Below are positions 9,861 through 19,505 of a DNA stretch of 47,880 bases, one piece after another; positions within the stretch are counted from its first letter, which is position 1; each line of letters opens with the position of its first letter. The position numbers and the translations under genes were made by a program. Origin of the DNA: Desulfobacterales bacterium (GTDB lineage: Bacteria > Desulfobacterota > Desulfobacteria > Desulfobacterales > DTYH01); the NCBI GenBank assembly GCA_012961955.1, contig DTYH01000241.1, positions 1 to 47,880 of the forward strand, read 5' to 3'. The notes under the pieces are model-generated. The model worked only from the letters and a program-made list of their open reading frames with translations, was not told where the DNA came from and did not search any database.

Positions 9861-11282
9861 TTAAAACAACAGCCTGAGGACACCATCCATGCTGACCAAT
9901 AGTTTGCGGCATATACCCCCTGTACCCATGGCGTCAGCAAACAGCCTCTCCCGTAATACCTGTATGGACTGGATCGGGCTGGCAAATCTGTGCAGTTTGC
10001 CTGTGTTCATAGCATAACGTTCCTGTATTAGAAGCTCTTTTGCCATGCTCAAAAATTGACGACTATCATTGAGAATCGACCTCAATCGTCTAGATATCTC
10101 GCAACTACCATGAAGACCGTCTTGAACTCTTTCCTCTATCCTCTTTCTGATCTCCTTTGCCATAAGATAGACAGTGCTGTACTCAAGGCCCATAATACCT
10201 CTCTTCCACTGGAGCAACCATCCGTTACGCCGATACCATAGAAAGTTTCGAATACCAAAAGAAACGAAGTCTTCCATTTCCCTCTCCAGTTCATCAGCAT
10301 ACTTTAAAGCATCCAGAGAGATGGCTACACACCTATTTGAAGATAGACCCTTTGTGCAAGCCTTGCCCATATCCTTTGATCGACTCGGGCTATTGGACAC
10401 CAGATATTGCCAGAGGTTGAAAAGTGCAAGATGACCCGTTGTATCGTCAGGGGTCTCAAGATGAATGTAGGAGAGTACTACCTTTCCCCTCCCGTACGAG
10501 CTTTCCACTATAGCTGGTTCGCCCTTTATGTTGATAGGGTCTAACCTTATCCCGTATTCTTTTTCCCATGGTTCCCACCCTGTTCTTGAGTTGTTAATAT
10601 CTTTAGCGTTCAAATCCGCGACAAAAAAATCGTCAGCAGGATCGCCATATACGGCCAGGACTTTAATAGATTCAGCTTTACAATACATAAACTGGGAGGG
10701 CCACCAGACATGAAATATCGAAGGCGATTCGATTCCAGCCCATAGAGGGTGGCGAGGCTCTTGCGCGTATACATGGATCGGTCCGCTAAAGTTTGGGACC
10801 CGATCCCTTACATCCATTCGTTTAAGTGGCACCAGGGAGAGACCCTCTTTTACGTCGAGCGCTAACCCGGCACCACCACAAAACCCCAGATAAGACCCTC
10901 CATTTCGAACAAAGTTACGGATACACTCCTTACCACCCTCTCCCAAGGCTCTGGCCTTCTGTCTAGCCCAACCACCCGGGACTATAAAAATGTCATATCC
11001 TTCGAGCATTCCCTGTTTGATCTCATCCGCATTGATCGGTCTGAAATCAAACGCGAGATCAGAAAGGGTATTCAACGCAATAATACCCCACAGAAACGAT
11101 TCGTCCCAGAATAAAGCCGAGCGTCCCCTTTTTAAGGGCCCTCCGTCATGAAATCGACCTGCCTCAATAGGACCCGGCGGATGATCAACGGCCTCGCCTC
11201 GATTCAGGGCGGTGTTCACTTCCCTGATACTATCATCGATTAAACCAATCTGGGTTGATTCTACCGGCGTTTTGGCAGACAC
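9861..11282 (-). CDS. Class-I glutamine-amidotransferase-like / BPL_N-domain protein
   Basis: 473-aa ORF. YDIFIVPGGWARQ...GGSYLGFCGGAGLAL resembles the BPL_N (biotin-protein-ligase N-terminal, GATase1-like) fold. Function unknown. Confidence 0.45.
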   Translation of the reverse strand: MSAKTPVESTQIGLIDDSIREVNTALNRGEAVDHPPGPIEAGRFHDGGPLKRGRSALFWDESFLWGIIALNTLSDLAFDFRPINADEIKQGMLEGYDIFIVPGGWARQKARALGEGGKECIRNFVRNGGSYLGFCGGAGLALDVKEGLSLVPLKRMDVRDRVPNFSGPIHVYAQEPRHPLWAGIESPSIFHVWWPSQFMYCKAESIKVLAVYGDPADDFFVADLNAKDINNSRTGWEPWEKEYGIRLDPINIKGEPAIVESSYGRGKVVLSYIHLETPDDTTGHLALFNLWQYLVSNSPSRSKDMGKACTKGLSSNRCVAISLDALKYADELEREMEDFVSFGIRNFLWYRRNGWLLQWKRGIMGLEYSTVYLMAKEIRKRIEERVQDGLHGSCEISRRLRSILNDSRQFLSMAKELLIQERYAMNTGKLHRFASPIQSIQVLRERLFADAMGTGGICRKLLVSMDGVLRLLF

Positions 11283-11290
11283 GTCATCCT

Positions 11291-12334
11291 CTAAAAACCT
11301 GCGATATAGCCAAATACTCCTACTAATAGCCCGACAACAAAGTTTATGATCTTGATAAATACAAAACCCCTTTTTGATTCAGCAAAAAGAGGGAGCATCC
11401 CGTGGCCATCCTGTACAACAGAACTTGCCAAGAGAATACTTAAGGGAATAGTCCCCTGGGCAAACAGGGTGACAAATATCATATGGGGGCCAGATTCTGG
11501 AATTAGGCCTACAAGGCATGCTATGACCAACATGGTTAAGTGTTTGGACTTAATCCATGCTCCGAGATCTAGATATTCTACAAATACGTGTACCAGCAAT
11601 AACGCACCAAATGTCCAGAGAAAGATCCTGGGAACGTGATTCTTTCCTATGTGTTCCCAGAGGTGTTCTTCCAGAAAATGTTCAGGGACGGTCGAGACTA
11701 TAAAAAGGGCAAACAAAGCACTAGCAAAAAAGGTGACCTTTATCCAGTTCCACTGTGATGGTCCAATCTGATTAAAGATCAATCCGGAAATGAAAAAAAC
11801 TAGAACGACAATCAATAATCCTCGCTGAAGGGTAAGGTTCCTCAACTGATCGACGATCTTTCCATGCAAAAAGCACCTGCATTCATACTCCTCATGAAAC
11901 TCCAGCTTATTAAACGTTTTCATTATCTTGAAGTCTGGCTTGAATATGAGGTCTGTTAGAAAACCTGAAGCAATTCCCAATCCAAACAGGATGAAGGTCA
12001 AAAGAAGCGCCTTACCCGGAAACATGGAAAACATTACATACCCCTCATCTCCACAGGTAGCAACCATTGCGGCTACCAGCGCTCCCAGACCAACTATGTT
12101 ATGGGTATAGAGGGCTACCACAGTGAACGCACCGAGACAGCCTGGCGTAGCACCAAGACATGCACACAAAACATACTGGAGCCAGAGCGATCCTCTCAAT
12201 GGCTCTTGCCAGTTCCCCCTAGTCTGAACATTTAGATACTCTATCACGAGCATCATCACGAAGACAAAGCTGGTAATCATTAAGGCATGTTTAACCGTCT
12301 CTATAATCATGTCAAGGACACCTATCGAAACCAT
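11291..12334 (-). CDS. Polytopic membrane protein, possibly ArsP_2-type putative metal transporter
   Basis: 347-aa ORF with ~10 hydrophobic segments and a GATPGCLGAF...ATCGDEGYVMF pattern. It lies 8 nt upstream of the BPL_N-like gene on the same strand. The family assignment is from memory only. Confidence 0.4.
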   Translation of the reverse strand: MVSIGVLDMIIETVKHALMITSFVFVMMLVIEYLNVQTRGNWQEPLRGSLWLQYVLCACLGATPGCLGAFTVVALYTHNIVGLGALVAAMVATCGDEGYVMFSMFPGKALLLTFILFGLGIASGFLTDLIFKPDFKIMKTFNKLEFHEEYECRCFLHGKIVDQLRNLTLQRGLLIVVLVFFISGLIFNQIGPSQWNWIKVTFFASALFALFIVSTVPEHFLEEHLWEHIGKNHVPRIFLWTFGALLLVHVFVEYLDLGAWIKSKHLTMLVIACLVGLIPESGPHMIFVTLFAQGTIPLSILLASSVVQDGHGMLPLFAESKRGFVFIKIINFVVGLLVGVFGYIAGF

Positions 12335-12419
12335 GTATTACCACCTCAAGTTTTGCACCTATATATACAAAGTCCGTGTTTCCACAACAAATGCTTTTGT
12401 GGAAAAAGATATGACTCAA

Positions 12420-12500
12420 TTGAGACCTTGATGGCCTTAGAAGAGGCCATTTTGCGAACGACTCTGAGCAATTTTGGACTTTTTTGAGACCATCAAGGAA
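12420..12500. repeat. Dispersed repeat family D, copy D1
   Basis: Core ttttgcgaacgactctgagcaattttgga is shared with 46235-46275, 47815-47880, 42767-42885 and 40330-40366. Flanked by inverted ccttgatgg / ccatcaagg. Confidence 0.75.
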
Positions 12501-13205
12501 ATCAACTCTACGCCTTCCATTTCGTCAATAAGCAGGCGATCCGTATGCATATTCCCTTTGTTTAGGGGTATGAAACTCCAGATAGCAAGCAAGGATTTAC
12601 GTATGTGGGTCATTTCTTTTCATGCCTGAACAGTTTACACTGTCAGATCATAATTCGAGTCGATTCATCCATATCCAGAGTAAGTTGCTGCCCTTGCCCT
12701 GAACTGCGGCTCAACTACCTCTTTCCATAGGAAATTGAATTGTTTGCACTCTTACAAGAACCTGTTTACCAAAAATGGATGATAATCTCACTGACTTGTA
12801 CAATCCCAAAAACGGAATCTTAACCAAGTCGTAACGTCTCAGCCTTAGGTAATTGAAGGCCCGGGAGCGGGATATGAGCAACAAACAGTGGAACGAGGAC
12901 CTTAAGTTTAATTACAGAAAGATGAGGTGTCAACGTTTAAAAATAGAACCTTCCACACTCTGACCGGTTACTTTTAACTCGTTCTCCCTTTCACGTAATT
13001 GCATCCCAACTTCAACGTATTGTTGACAACGAACGACCCATGTATTAAAAGTAACTAACATTTTTGATCCATATTCCGAATTATTTCGCGCCCTCACTTT
13101 TTCAAATGACTAAAGTGTTGCGAAGAAACAAACCTTAGCTTTGAGATTATGGCCTGGATTCTTTTGTCTTAAGCCATTTCTTAAAAACCGAACCATGGAG
13201 GACAA

Positions 13206-13781
13206 ATGGGGAAGCAAAACGAATACCAAACATCCCTGAAGGGACACTTTCTGATTGCCATGCCCGACCTTAAGGACCCGAATTTCCATCGAACCGTGAC
13301 CTATGTTTGTGAACATACCCCGGAAGGGACCATAGGTCTGGTGATAAACCGTCTCCATCCGGAACTGACCATGGGGGCTGTGTTTAAGGAACTAAATCTG
13401 GAGTCTATACCGGAAATGGACTCCCTGCCCATCCACTTGGGAGGGCCTGTCCACACAAACCAGATATTCATACTCCATGGCCCACCCTTTGACTGGGAAG
13501 GCTGCCGTCAGGTAACCCCTTCTCTTGCCTTGAGCAATTCAAAAGACGTTCTGGAAATGCTTGCCAAAGGGGAAGGACCCAAATCCTTTATTATCACTAT
13601 CGGGTGTGCAGGCTGGGGACCAGGCCAACTAGAATCTGAGCTTATGGCTAATGTCTGGATAACATGTCCGGCGAGTGAGACCATACTATTTGAAACACCT
13701 GTTGAAAAACGCTGGCAGGAGGCCGCAAACCTTATGGGAATCGACCCAATGCACCTTACGAGTGCACCAGGCCATGCTTAG
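13206..13781 (+). CDS. yqgE: YqgE/AlgH family protein (UPF0301)
   Basis: 191-aa ORF with GGAGGA RBS. Family N-terminal signature LKGHFLIAMPDLKDPNFHRTVTYVCEHTPEGTIGLVINR. Confidence 0.9.
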   Translation: MGKQNEYQTSLKGHFLIAMPDLKDPNFHRTVTYVCEHTPEGTIGLVINRLHPELTMGAVFKELNLESIPEMDSLPIHLGGPVHTNQIFILHGPPFDWEGCRQVTPSLALSNSKDVLEMLAKGEGPKSFIITIGCAGWGPGQLESELMANVWITCPASETILFETPVEKRWQEAANLMGIDPMHLTSAPGHA

Positions 13782-13843
13782 AAGTAAAAGGGCTGCTATC
13801 TTACTTGAGAATTTACTACAATACACAAACCAAGGGGCTAAAG

Positions 13844-14356
13844 ATGGGAGAGATACGAAGCACACTGGATATCATAATGGAAAAGACAAAGCACCTGACC
13901 ATGAGTGAGGAGGAAAAGGAGGAGCTGCGCAAGAAGGAATTAAGAGGAAAGGTAAAAGGGATAGTTCAAAAATTCCTGGATGGTCAAAAGGATATAAGAG
14001 ACATAAAATCGGTCATTGAAACTGAGGGTAAGCATGGGGATATCCAAGAATTTCTGAAAATAGAATTGATTGAGCGCATAAATCCAAACGATAACAACGA
14101 AAACATATTTCAACTCTTGGAAGAGGTTCTGAACATCAACACAATTCCTCTCAAACGGGTAATAAACGAATTCCAGAAAAAAGTGGCCGAAGAAAAGGCC
14201 ATTAGGCTTAAAAATCTCAAGAATCAATTAGCAAATAGAGGGATATCAGGCTCTGCTGTTGTTCCCAATATGGCTCTTGATGAGGAATGGAATCAGTTCC
14301 TTCAAAAATCCGTAAAAGAGTGCAAAGACCGTTTAAGTATCATAGCAGAAAGCTGA
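13844..14356 (+). CDS. Hypothetical charged helical protein
   Basis: Track ORF 13805..14356; the internal ATG 13844 preceded by AAGGGG is the likelier start. No recognisable domain. Confidence 0.5.
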   Translation: MGEIRSTLDIIMEKTKHLTMSEEEKEELRKKELRGKVKGIVQKFLDGQKDIRDIKSVIETEGKHGDIQEFLKIELIERINPNDNNENIFQLLEEVLNINTIPLKRVINEFQKKVAEEKAIRLKNLKNQLANRGISGSAVVPNMALDEEWNQFLQKSVKECKDRLSIIAES

Positions 14357-14999
14357 ACCAATAGCTCTCAATCATTCGGAAGTTACTTTCTACGAGCTTC
14401 CTTCCGCTAACGATTTCACCATGGCCTGGCAGGATGTGCTCGACCTCAAGGCTTGCAATTCTTTTGATACTTTCCTTCAGAAGCCTCCCGTTACCGCCTG
14501 GCAAGTCGGTCCGTCCGATCCCCTGGCTAAAAACCACGTCTCCCGTAAAAAGCACCCCGTAATCAGGCCAGTATAGGCATATAGAGCCTGGTGTATGGCC
14601 AGGGGTTAGTATCACGTGAAGTGTTATGTCGCCAACCACGAGTTCCCCTTCCTCCAAAAAAAAGTCTGGTGGAATCCCATCCGCCCCCTTGGCTCCGCCA
14701 TAAGGACCGGCAAGCTCTTCAATAAACTGATATTCTTCAGAACTCATGGCGATAAGGGTTGGCTTTCCAAACATCTGAGCGGCCTCCATATGGTCAGGAT
14801 GCCCGTGTGTGAGAATCACTAAATCGATCTGATCCATGGATAGGTTCAGATCAGCCAACCCTTGCCTTACATGGCTGAAAAGGTGTCGGTGACCGGGATC
14901 GACCAGGATCTTCTGTGGGCCATCAATAAGATAGGTGTTGCAGTTATTGGCTGTTATATCGCGCCAAATAAAGGCATGCAAGCTATCGAATAGTTTCAT
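14340..14999 (-). CDS. MBL-fold metallo-hydrolase (glyoxalase II-like)
   Basis: 219-aa ORF with the HxHxDH motif (LTHGHPDHM) and downstream TPGHTPGS. Convergent 17-nt overlap with the preceding gene. Confidence 0.88.
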   Translation of the reverse strand: MKLFDSLHAFIWRDITANNCNTYLIDGPQKILVDPGHRHLFSHVRQGLADLNLSMDQIDLVILTHGHPDHMEAAQMFGKPTLIAMSSEEYQFIEELAGPYGGAKGADGIPPDFFLEEGELVVGDITLHVILTPGHTPGSICLYWPDYGVLFTGDVVFSQGIGRTDLPGGNGRLLKESIKRIASLEVEHILPGHGEIVSGRKLVESNFRMIESYWFSFLL

Positions 15000-15118
15000 A
15001 ACTCAACCCCCTCCTCCCCAAGGAACATACCTCCTTGAAAAAAAGTGCCTGAGATGTTGCTTCGTGCAATTGAAGCGTGGCCGTGGCCAGTACATAGGTT
15101 TCAAAAGCTGTATAAAGG

Positions 15119-15250
15119 TAACTGTTCGGGGGGCAAAGCTTTTCTTTACACTTCCATGTCTCCAACCTTTGTTTTTCCAGTAGGTTAAGACCGGGGGATA
15201 CTCTGCCCCTCCGCATTCCACCTTCGTTTCACCCCGTTAGGATTTTACAC
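15119..15250. repeat. Dispersed repeat family C, copy C1
   Basis: Starts aactgttcggggggcaaagcttttc and shares internal cctttgtttttcca with C2 (34570-34699). Degenerate right end caccccgttagg. Abuts repeat A2. Confidence 0.7.
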
Positions 15251-15254
15251 GCGG

Positions 15255-15405
15255 CATTAATACTACAGCGTCACTTTTTGACGTCATGCCCTCGAAGTCT
15301 GTTCCTGACACCATCACGAAGCGGGTATCCAAAATCCAAACCATATTGAAAACAGGCTGGATTCCCGCCTCTGCTCGGGGTCGAGGACAAGCTTTCGCGG
15401 GAAGG
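15255..15405. repeat. Dispersed repeat family A, copy A2
   Basis: Collinear with A1 (tactacagcgtcactttttgacgtcatgccc..ccaaaatcc..attgaaaacagg..gattcccgc..gctttcgcgggaa), with two internal insertions relative to A1. Confidence 0.8.
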
Positions 15406-15508
15406 TGCAATATTTCCGTTTTAAGCCAATGCCTCCACACGGGGCTTTTCTAACCGGGTAAAGAATTTCACAGAAAATCTTAAGGAGTCTGCTAGCATGC
15501 TATCAGTC

Positions 15509-16542
15509 CTACATCGGGTAACAGTCTGTGAAGGACATAGCCTCGATGTTTCCGTCCTGGACGAATAAATAGATAGGCATCACATCTATCCAAACTTTCC
15601 CACCTGCGGTAAAATGGTCAGTTATCCGAGAGGATTTCCACGCCGTATCAGAATTAGTTATGACCCTATCTTCATCTCTTGACATAAATAACTCGTTCGA
15701 TGAAATGGCCTCTTTCCATGTCTTAATACGGTCATCCAGAGACCCTTCCTGTTTTAGGATATTTCTAACCTTATCAGCAATAGAGTCCCAGGAAACCGGT
15801 TCTACTGGATCTCCGTGAACGGTATTCTCTTTTACAAACTCGCCAAAAAAGGCATGTAGGCGTTCACACGCCTCTATATAATCGTTTGCGTTATGCCTTT
15901 CAACCCCCCCATTTTCAGGCTCATATTCCCAATGCAAATAAGGACGATCTGGGTAGGTGGCAACCGCCCCGTGACCTACTGGAACAGTCTCCGCCAGGGT
16001 ACCTGCAACCCTTGTTTTAAACGTCTCAAACTTGGTTTTGACGTAATCCAATATAGATGCCGACTCCACATATACCCTTATCGATTCACTTTTAACCCTG
16101 TTGCAATCCCTGGCTAGCCCGGTAAATCCGTAATGGGAAAAGGTGTCGGCATAAACGTGTGCAGCAATCCCTACCAGGCTTGGCCCGAACGTCTCCAGCT
16201 TATTTTGAACGGCGTGTTCAAGCATCTTTCTTGCTGGAATGCTGTGCTTCGTGCACACCATCTTTTCAACAAATGCTTGTGCGGTTTCATCATTGCCAGG
16301 CAGGAAGTGAAAAGGTACCCACAGCCTCCACTGGTCGCCAGGAATCATATTCTGATAATCGATCGGCCTGTTTGATGTCATGGTTGGAAGAACAGCGGTT
16401 TGATCCTCTAAGACAACCGCCTCATCTTCAATGGCATCGTCCACGAACTGGAGGCATATGCAATGATTTGCGCTACCTCGGGTTTGATCCCGGCAGCACG
16501 AGCCAAAGCATAAACCCCAAAAAAATGCATGTCTAACTGCAT
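15509..16542 (-). pseudogene. Conserved hypothetical protein (His-rich motif HVYADTFSHYGF), N-terminus displaced by a 1-nt frameshift
   Basis: Track ORF 15509..16444 starts at an internal GTG. An ATG at 16542 (with an AAGGGTGA-like RBS) encodes MQLDMHFFGVYALARAAGIKPEVAQIIAYAS in another frame and joins ..QFVDDAIEDE only if one C is added in the CC run at ~16450-16451. Confidence 0.6.
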
Positions 16543-16580
16543 GGGTATCACCCTTTGTCGCATCAGATGATCGTATCGGT

Positions 16581-16883
16581 TCACGGCATGAAGCCTTTCT
16601 CGATTGGCCTTACCTTCTGGTAGCCTTTGGAAATAGACTCGATATTGAGTAAATATCCGGCTATTCGATAAAGGTTGTAGATTACCCCCTTGGAAGGACT
16701 AACGGGGTAAGGATTAGGGAGTAAGGTAGGCGTCAACAACTGGTTTGCATGAGGACAAATCGGAAAGAGTGAAGACTTATTCCTTTCCTTTGACATTTTT
16801 GACGGTTCAGGCACACCCCTGCACCGTTCACACTGCCTATACGCCTCATGCAAAAAATATATTGACCCCTGCCTCTTGCCCAT
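16581..16883 (-). CDS. Unassigned 100-aa ORF
   Basis: Only the open reading frame supports it. No domain recognised and no clear RBS. It may be non-coding or a gene remnant. Confidence 0.2.
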   Translation of the reverse strand: MGKRQGSIYFLHEAYRQCERCRGVPEPSKMSKERNKSSLFPICPHANQLLTPTLLPNPYPVSPSKGVIYNLYRIAGYLLNIESISKGYQKVRPIEKGFMP

Positions 16884-17169
16884 GACGCCTGAGAAACGGA
16901 ACGGATAACCGAATGTTTACGATATTACTCTACTGTTTCCAATATACCATTTCGCCCTTAAAGATAAACCTTTTGGCTCTTAAGTCCAAGCCTAAATTAG
17001 CCAATAAACTCACGTTTACGCTGGCAAAACCGTTGATGACAATCATTTAGCCAGAGTTGAAAAGTTTTTCAATATTTGTTCCAGATGAATTGTAAAGCCT
17101 TGTCCTGTCACCTCAGTGAAAGCGGGAATGATGATTATGGAATATTTGAATTCAGGTAATTACCCAGAT

Positions 17170-17385
17170 GTTGTCAGTGATCACACATCAGTGAAAGGAT
17201 CGATGCCAGTCTCCGCCTAGCCGACACCGATGAACGACATTGACCACCGATGAGGGCCTTTTTGTCTGCTGCTTTGCTTTTCATGGTCATTCCGAACGGA
17301 CCAAAGCCGAGTGAAGAATCTCTTTAGGTGATTCGCTTTCGTTCAGCACGACGCTCTTGACCTGAATAGTTACGATAATTTTCGC
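17170..17385. repeat. Dispersed repeat family B, copy B1
   Basis: Blocks gttgtcagt, tgaccaccgatgagggccttttt, gtcattccgaacg, gagtgaagaatctct and ttgacc..aat.gttacga are shared in order with 40080-40266, and in reverse with 20035-20145. Confidence 0.7.
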
Positions 17386-17400
17386 TCATTTGAGGCCCAC

Positions 17401-18597
17401 CTAAATGAAGTTCTGATGAACGAAAGGACAGTCTGGATCTGAGGCAAAAAGATCATTACTATAAGCATAAGCCCTGCCTCGGCATCCTCCACAGACCTCG
17501 TTGTAGCGACAACTCCCGCACGGCCCCTTCAGGTTTCGTCTATCTCTCAGCTTTAGAAAGGTTTCACTATTACTCCATATATCCAAGGCAGATGTTTCAA
17601 GGATATTGCCGGCCTTAACGGCGACGAATGCGCAAGGCCACACATCGCCGTTCGATTTAACATAGTACATCCCTCGTCCAGCGATGCACCCCTTGAAGAA
17701 TCGTGAAGCAGTGCGCGGACTTAACCCATGCTTCATGGTAAGGTAGGCAAAGTATCCCGGGAGAGCAACAGGGACCACTACCGGGCGTATCCTCCCCTGA
17801 ATCGAATGGGTCTTTTCCATTACCCAGGAGAACTCCTCGGGCTTAAGGATTGTATTCCATATTTCTCCCCCCCGGCCGACGGGAACGAGCTGATAGAGTA
17901 ATACTACATGAGCCGGGATACTGTCAGCAAGGAGAAGCAGCTCTTCCAGTTCATCAAGGTTATATCTGGAGATAGCAATATTTATCTGGATATACAGATC
18001 CTCCCGTCTCGCATTCTCTATTCCCTCGACGGCCCTTTCAAATGTTTCCTCCTGGCAGCGAAAGGAATCATGCTTGTTCGGATCAACAGAGTCAATACTG
18101 GCGGCAATCCCCATAACTCCGCTTCTTTTCAAAAGCTTTGCTTCCCTGTTGTCTATCAAAGTGGCGTTTGTAGCGACTACCGTGCCAAACCCCAAGTCTC
18201 TGGCATACGATAAAAGCTCATAAACATCCTTTCGCACTAAAGGCTCCCCGCCGGTAAAGACGAGCATTCTGAACTCTGGAACCTCAGCAAGGCTCTTGAT
18301 GACCCTTTTGGCATCTTCGGTGTTTAACTCGTCAAAAATACCCTCTCCAGCCCTAACATGGCAGTGTTTGCAGCGAAGATTGCATCGCGGTGTTATTTCA
18401 TATACCGGATGGGTGGGGAAACCGAAGCACCCTATCCCGGTAGCACCTGCTGCCACCTTAAACAGATTTGAAAGATTCTTTGTCCAAAGGGGTAGACCTT
18501 GCCAGCGTGTGGTCTGCCTGAAGACTAGTATGGACGCCACCTGTTTCATCAACAAATCTGGTGGGATATAGAACGGCTTAACCATTCTTTTCATCAT
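17401..18597 (-). CDS. Radical SAM enzyme with C-terminal SPASM domain
   Basis: 398-aa ORF. CxxxCxxC motif (CNLRCKHC) and Cys-rich SPASM tail (CGSCRYNEVCGGCRGRAYA...DPDCP). ~65-aa N-terminal extension. Its start overlaps the upstream prenyltransferase stop by 4 nt. Confidence 0.85.
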   Translation of the reverse strand: MMKRMVKPFYIPPDLLMKQVASILVFRQTTRWQGLPLWTKNLSNLFKVAAGATGIGCFGFPTHPVYEITPRCNLRCKHCHVRAGEGIFDELNTEDAKRVIKSLAEVPEFRMLVFTGGEPLVRKDVYELLSYARDLGFGTVVATNATLIDNREAKLLKRSGVMGIAASIDSVDPNKHDSFRCQEETFERAVEGIENARREDLYIQINIAISRYNLDELEELLLLADSIPAHVVLLYQLVPVGRGGEIWNTILKPEEFSWVMEKTHSIQGRIRPVVVPVALPGYFAYLTMKHGLSPRTASRFFKGCIAGRGMYYVKSNGDVWPCAFVAVKAGNILETSALDIWSNSETFLKLRDRRNLKGPCGSCRYNEVCGGCRGRAYAYSNDLFASDPDCPFVHQNFI

Positions 18598-19505
18598 AAC
18601 ACAAATGCTAAAATCAGACTTAATGTAGTTCCTAGATTTAAGACCAGCGTTTTAGCACAAATTCCCTCTAATTTTCCTCGATCTTTATAGTCGCCCCGAA
18701 GTACCTGGCCCGTCGTGACAACGGACAGAATAAAAATCGGGGCGAAAAAGATAATCGCCTTGATAGGAACTCCGAAGGAGAAGGAGAGAACATAGGATCC
18801 CCAAAAAGCAAGGCTCACCAGAACATAGAATCTGCTCATTCTCTTCTTCCCGAAGCGAACTACAAGGTTTTTCTTGCATATCTTCTTGTCAGCGGGGTAA
18901 TCAGGGAATTCATTGATCAGTATAACGTTAAATATGGTAAAGGCGATTGGCAACGCGATCCAGTAAATTAAGGTGGGAATCTCCCCTACCTGGATATAAT
19001 ATGAAGCTGCAACTGGAAGCCAGCCATAGGCAAACCAGATCCATATCTCCCCGAAGCCCCGGTAAGCCCATTGGATAGGCTTGGTGCTGTAGAAAAAGCC
19101 GGCCACCAACCCTAAAGCACCTAAAAGTATAGTGTAAGGGCCTGTCCTATAACAAAACTGGAGCAAGAGCCCGACTCCTCCCGATAGAACCAAACAAACA
19201 AGAGCCGCGATAAGGGCGTGTCTTTTAGGGATGATTCCTGTTTGGAGTACCTGAGTTCCACCGGAAAACCGATTTCTTTCAAAGCGACTAAGAGTATCCG
19301 TCTCGTAATCAAAGTATTCCCCTGAATAATAGGTGGCAAGCATGATCAATATCGTTGCCAAGAGCCCCCAGCCAAACACGACCCAATCAAGACGACCTGT
19401 CTGATGCCAGGCCAGAACGGCGCCGAGGATAAACGGCAAAACCCCTACTGTATGAAAGGGTGGCCTTGATAGATTAAACCAGGCTTGCAGTTTATCTCTG
19501 TTCAT
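18594..19505 (-). CDS. UbiA-superfamily (MenA-like) prenyltransferase
   Basis: 303-aa ORF with AAGGAGG RBS and ~8-9 TM helices. MenA-like layout with an atypical first acidic motif (SGEYFDYETD) and a second motif region (INEFPDYPADKK). Confidence 0.8.
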   Translation of the reverse strand: MNRDKLQAWFNLSRPPFHTVGVLPFILGAVLAWHQTGRLDWVVFGWGLLATILIMLATYYSGEYFDYETDTLSRFERNRFSGGTQVLQTGIIPKRHALIAALVCLVLSGGVGLLLQFCYRTGPYTILLGALGLVAGFFYSTKPIQWAYRGFGEIWIWFAYGWLPVAASYYIQVGEIPTLIYWIALPIAFTIFNVILINEFPDYPADKKICKKNLVVRFGKKRMSRFYVLVSLAFWGSYVLSFSFGVPIKAIIFFAPIFILSVVTTGQVLRGDYKDRGKLEGICAKTLVLNLGTTLSLILAFVL

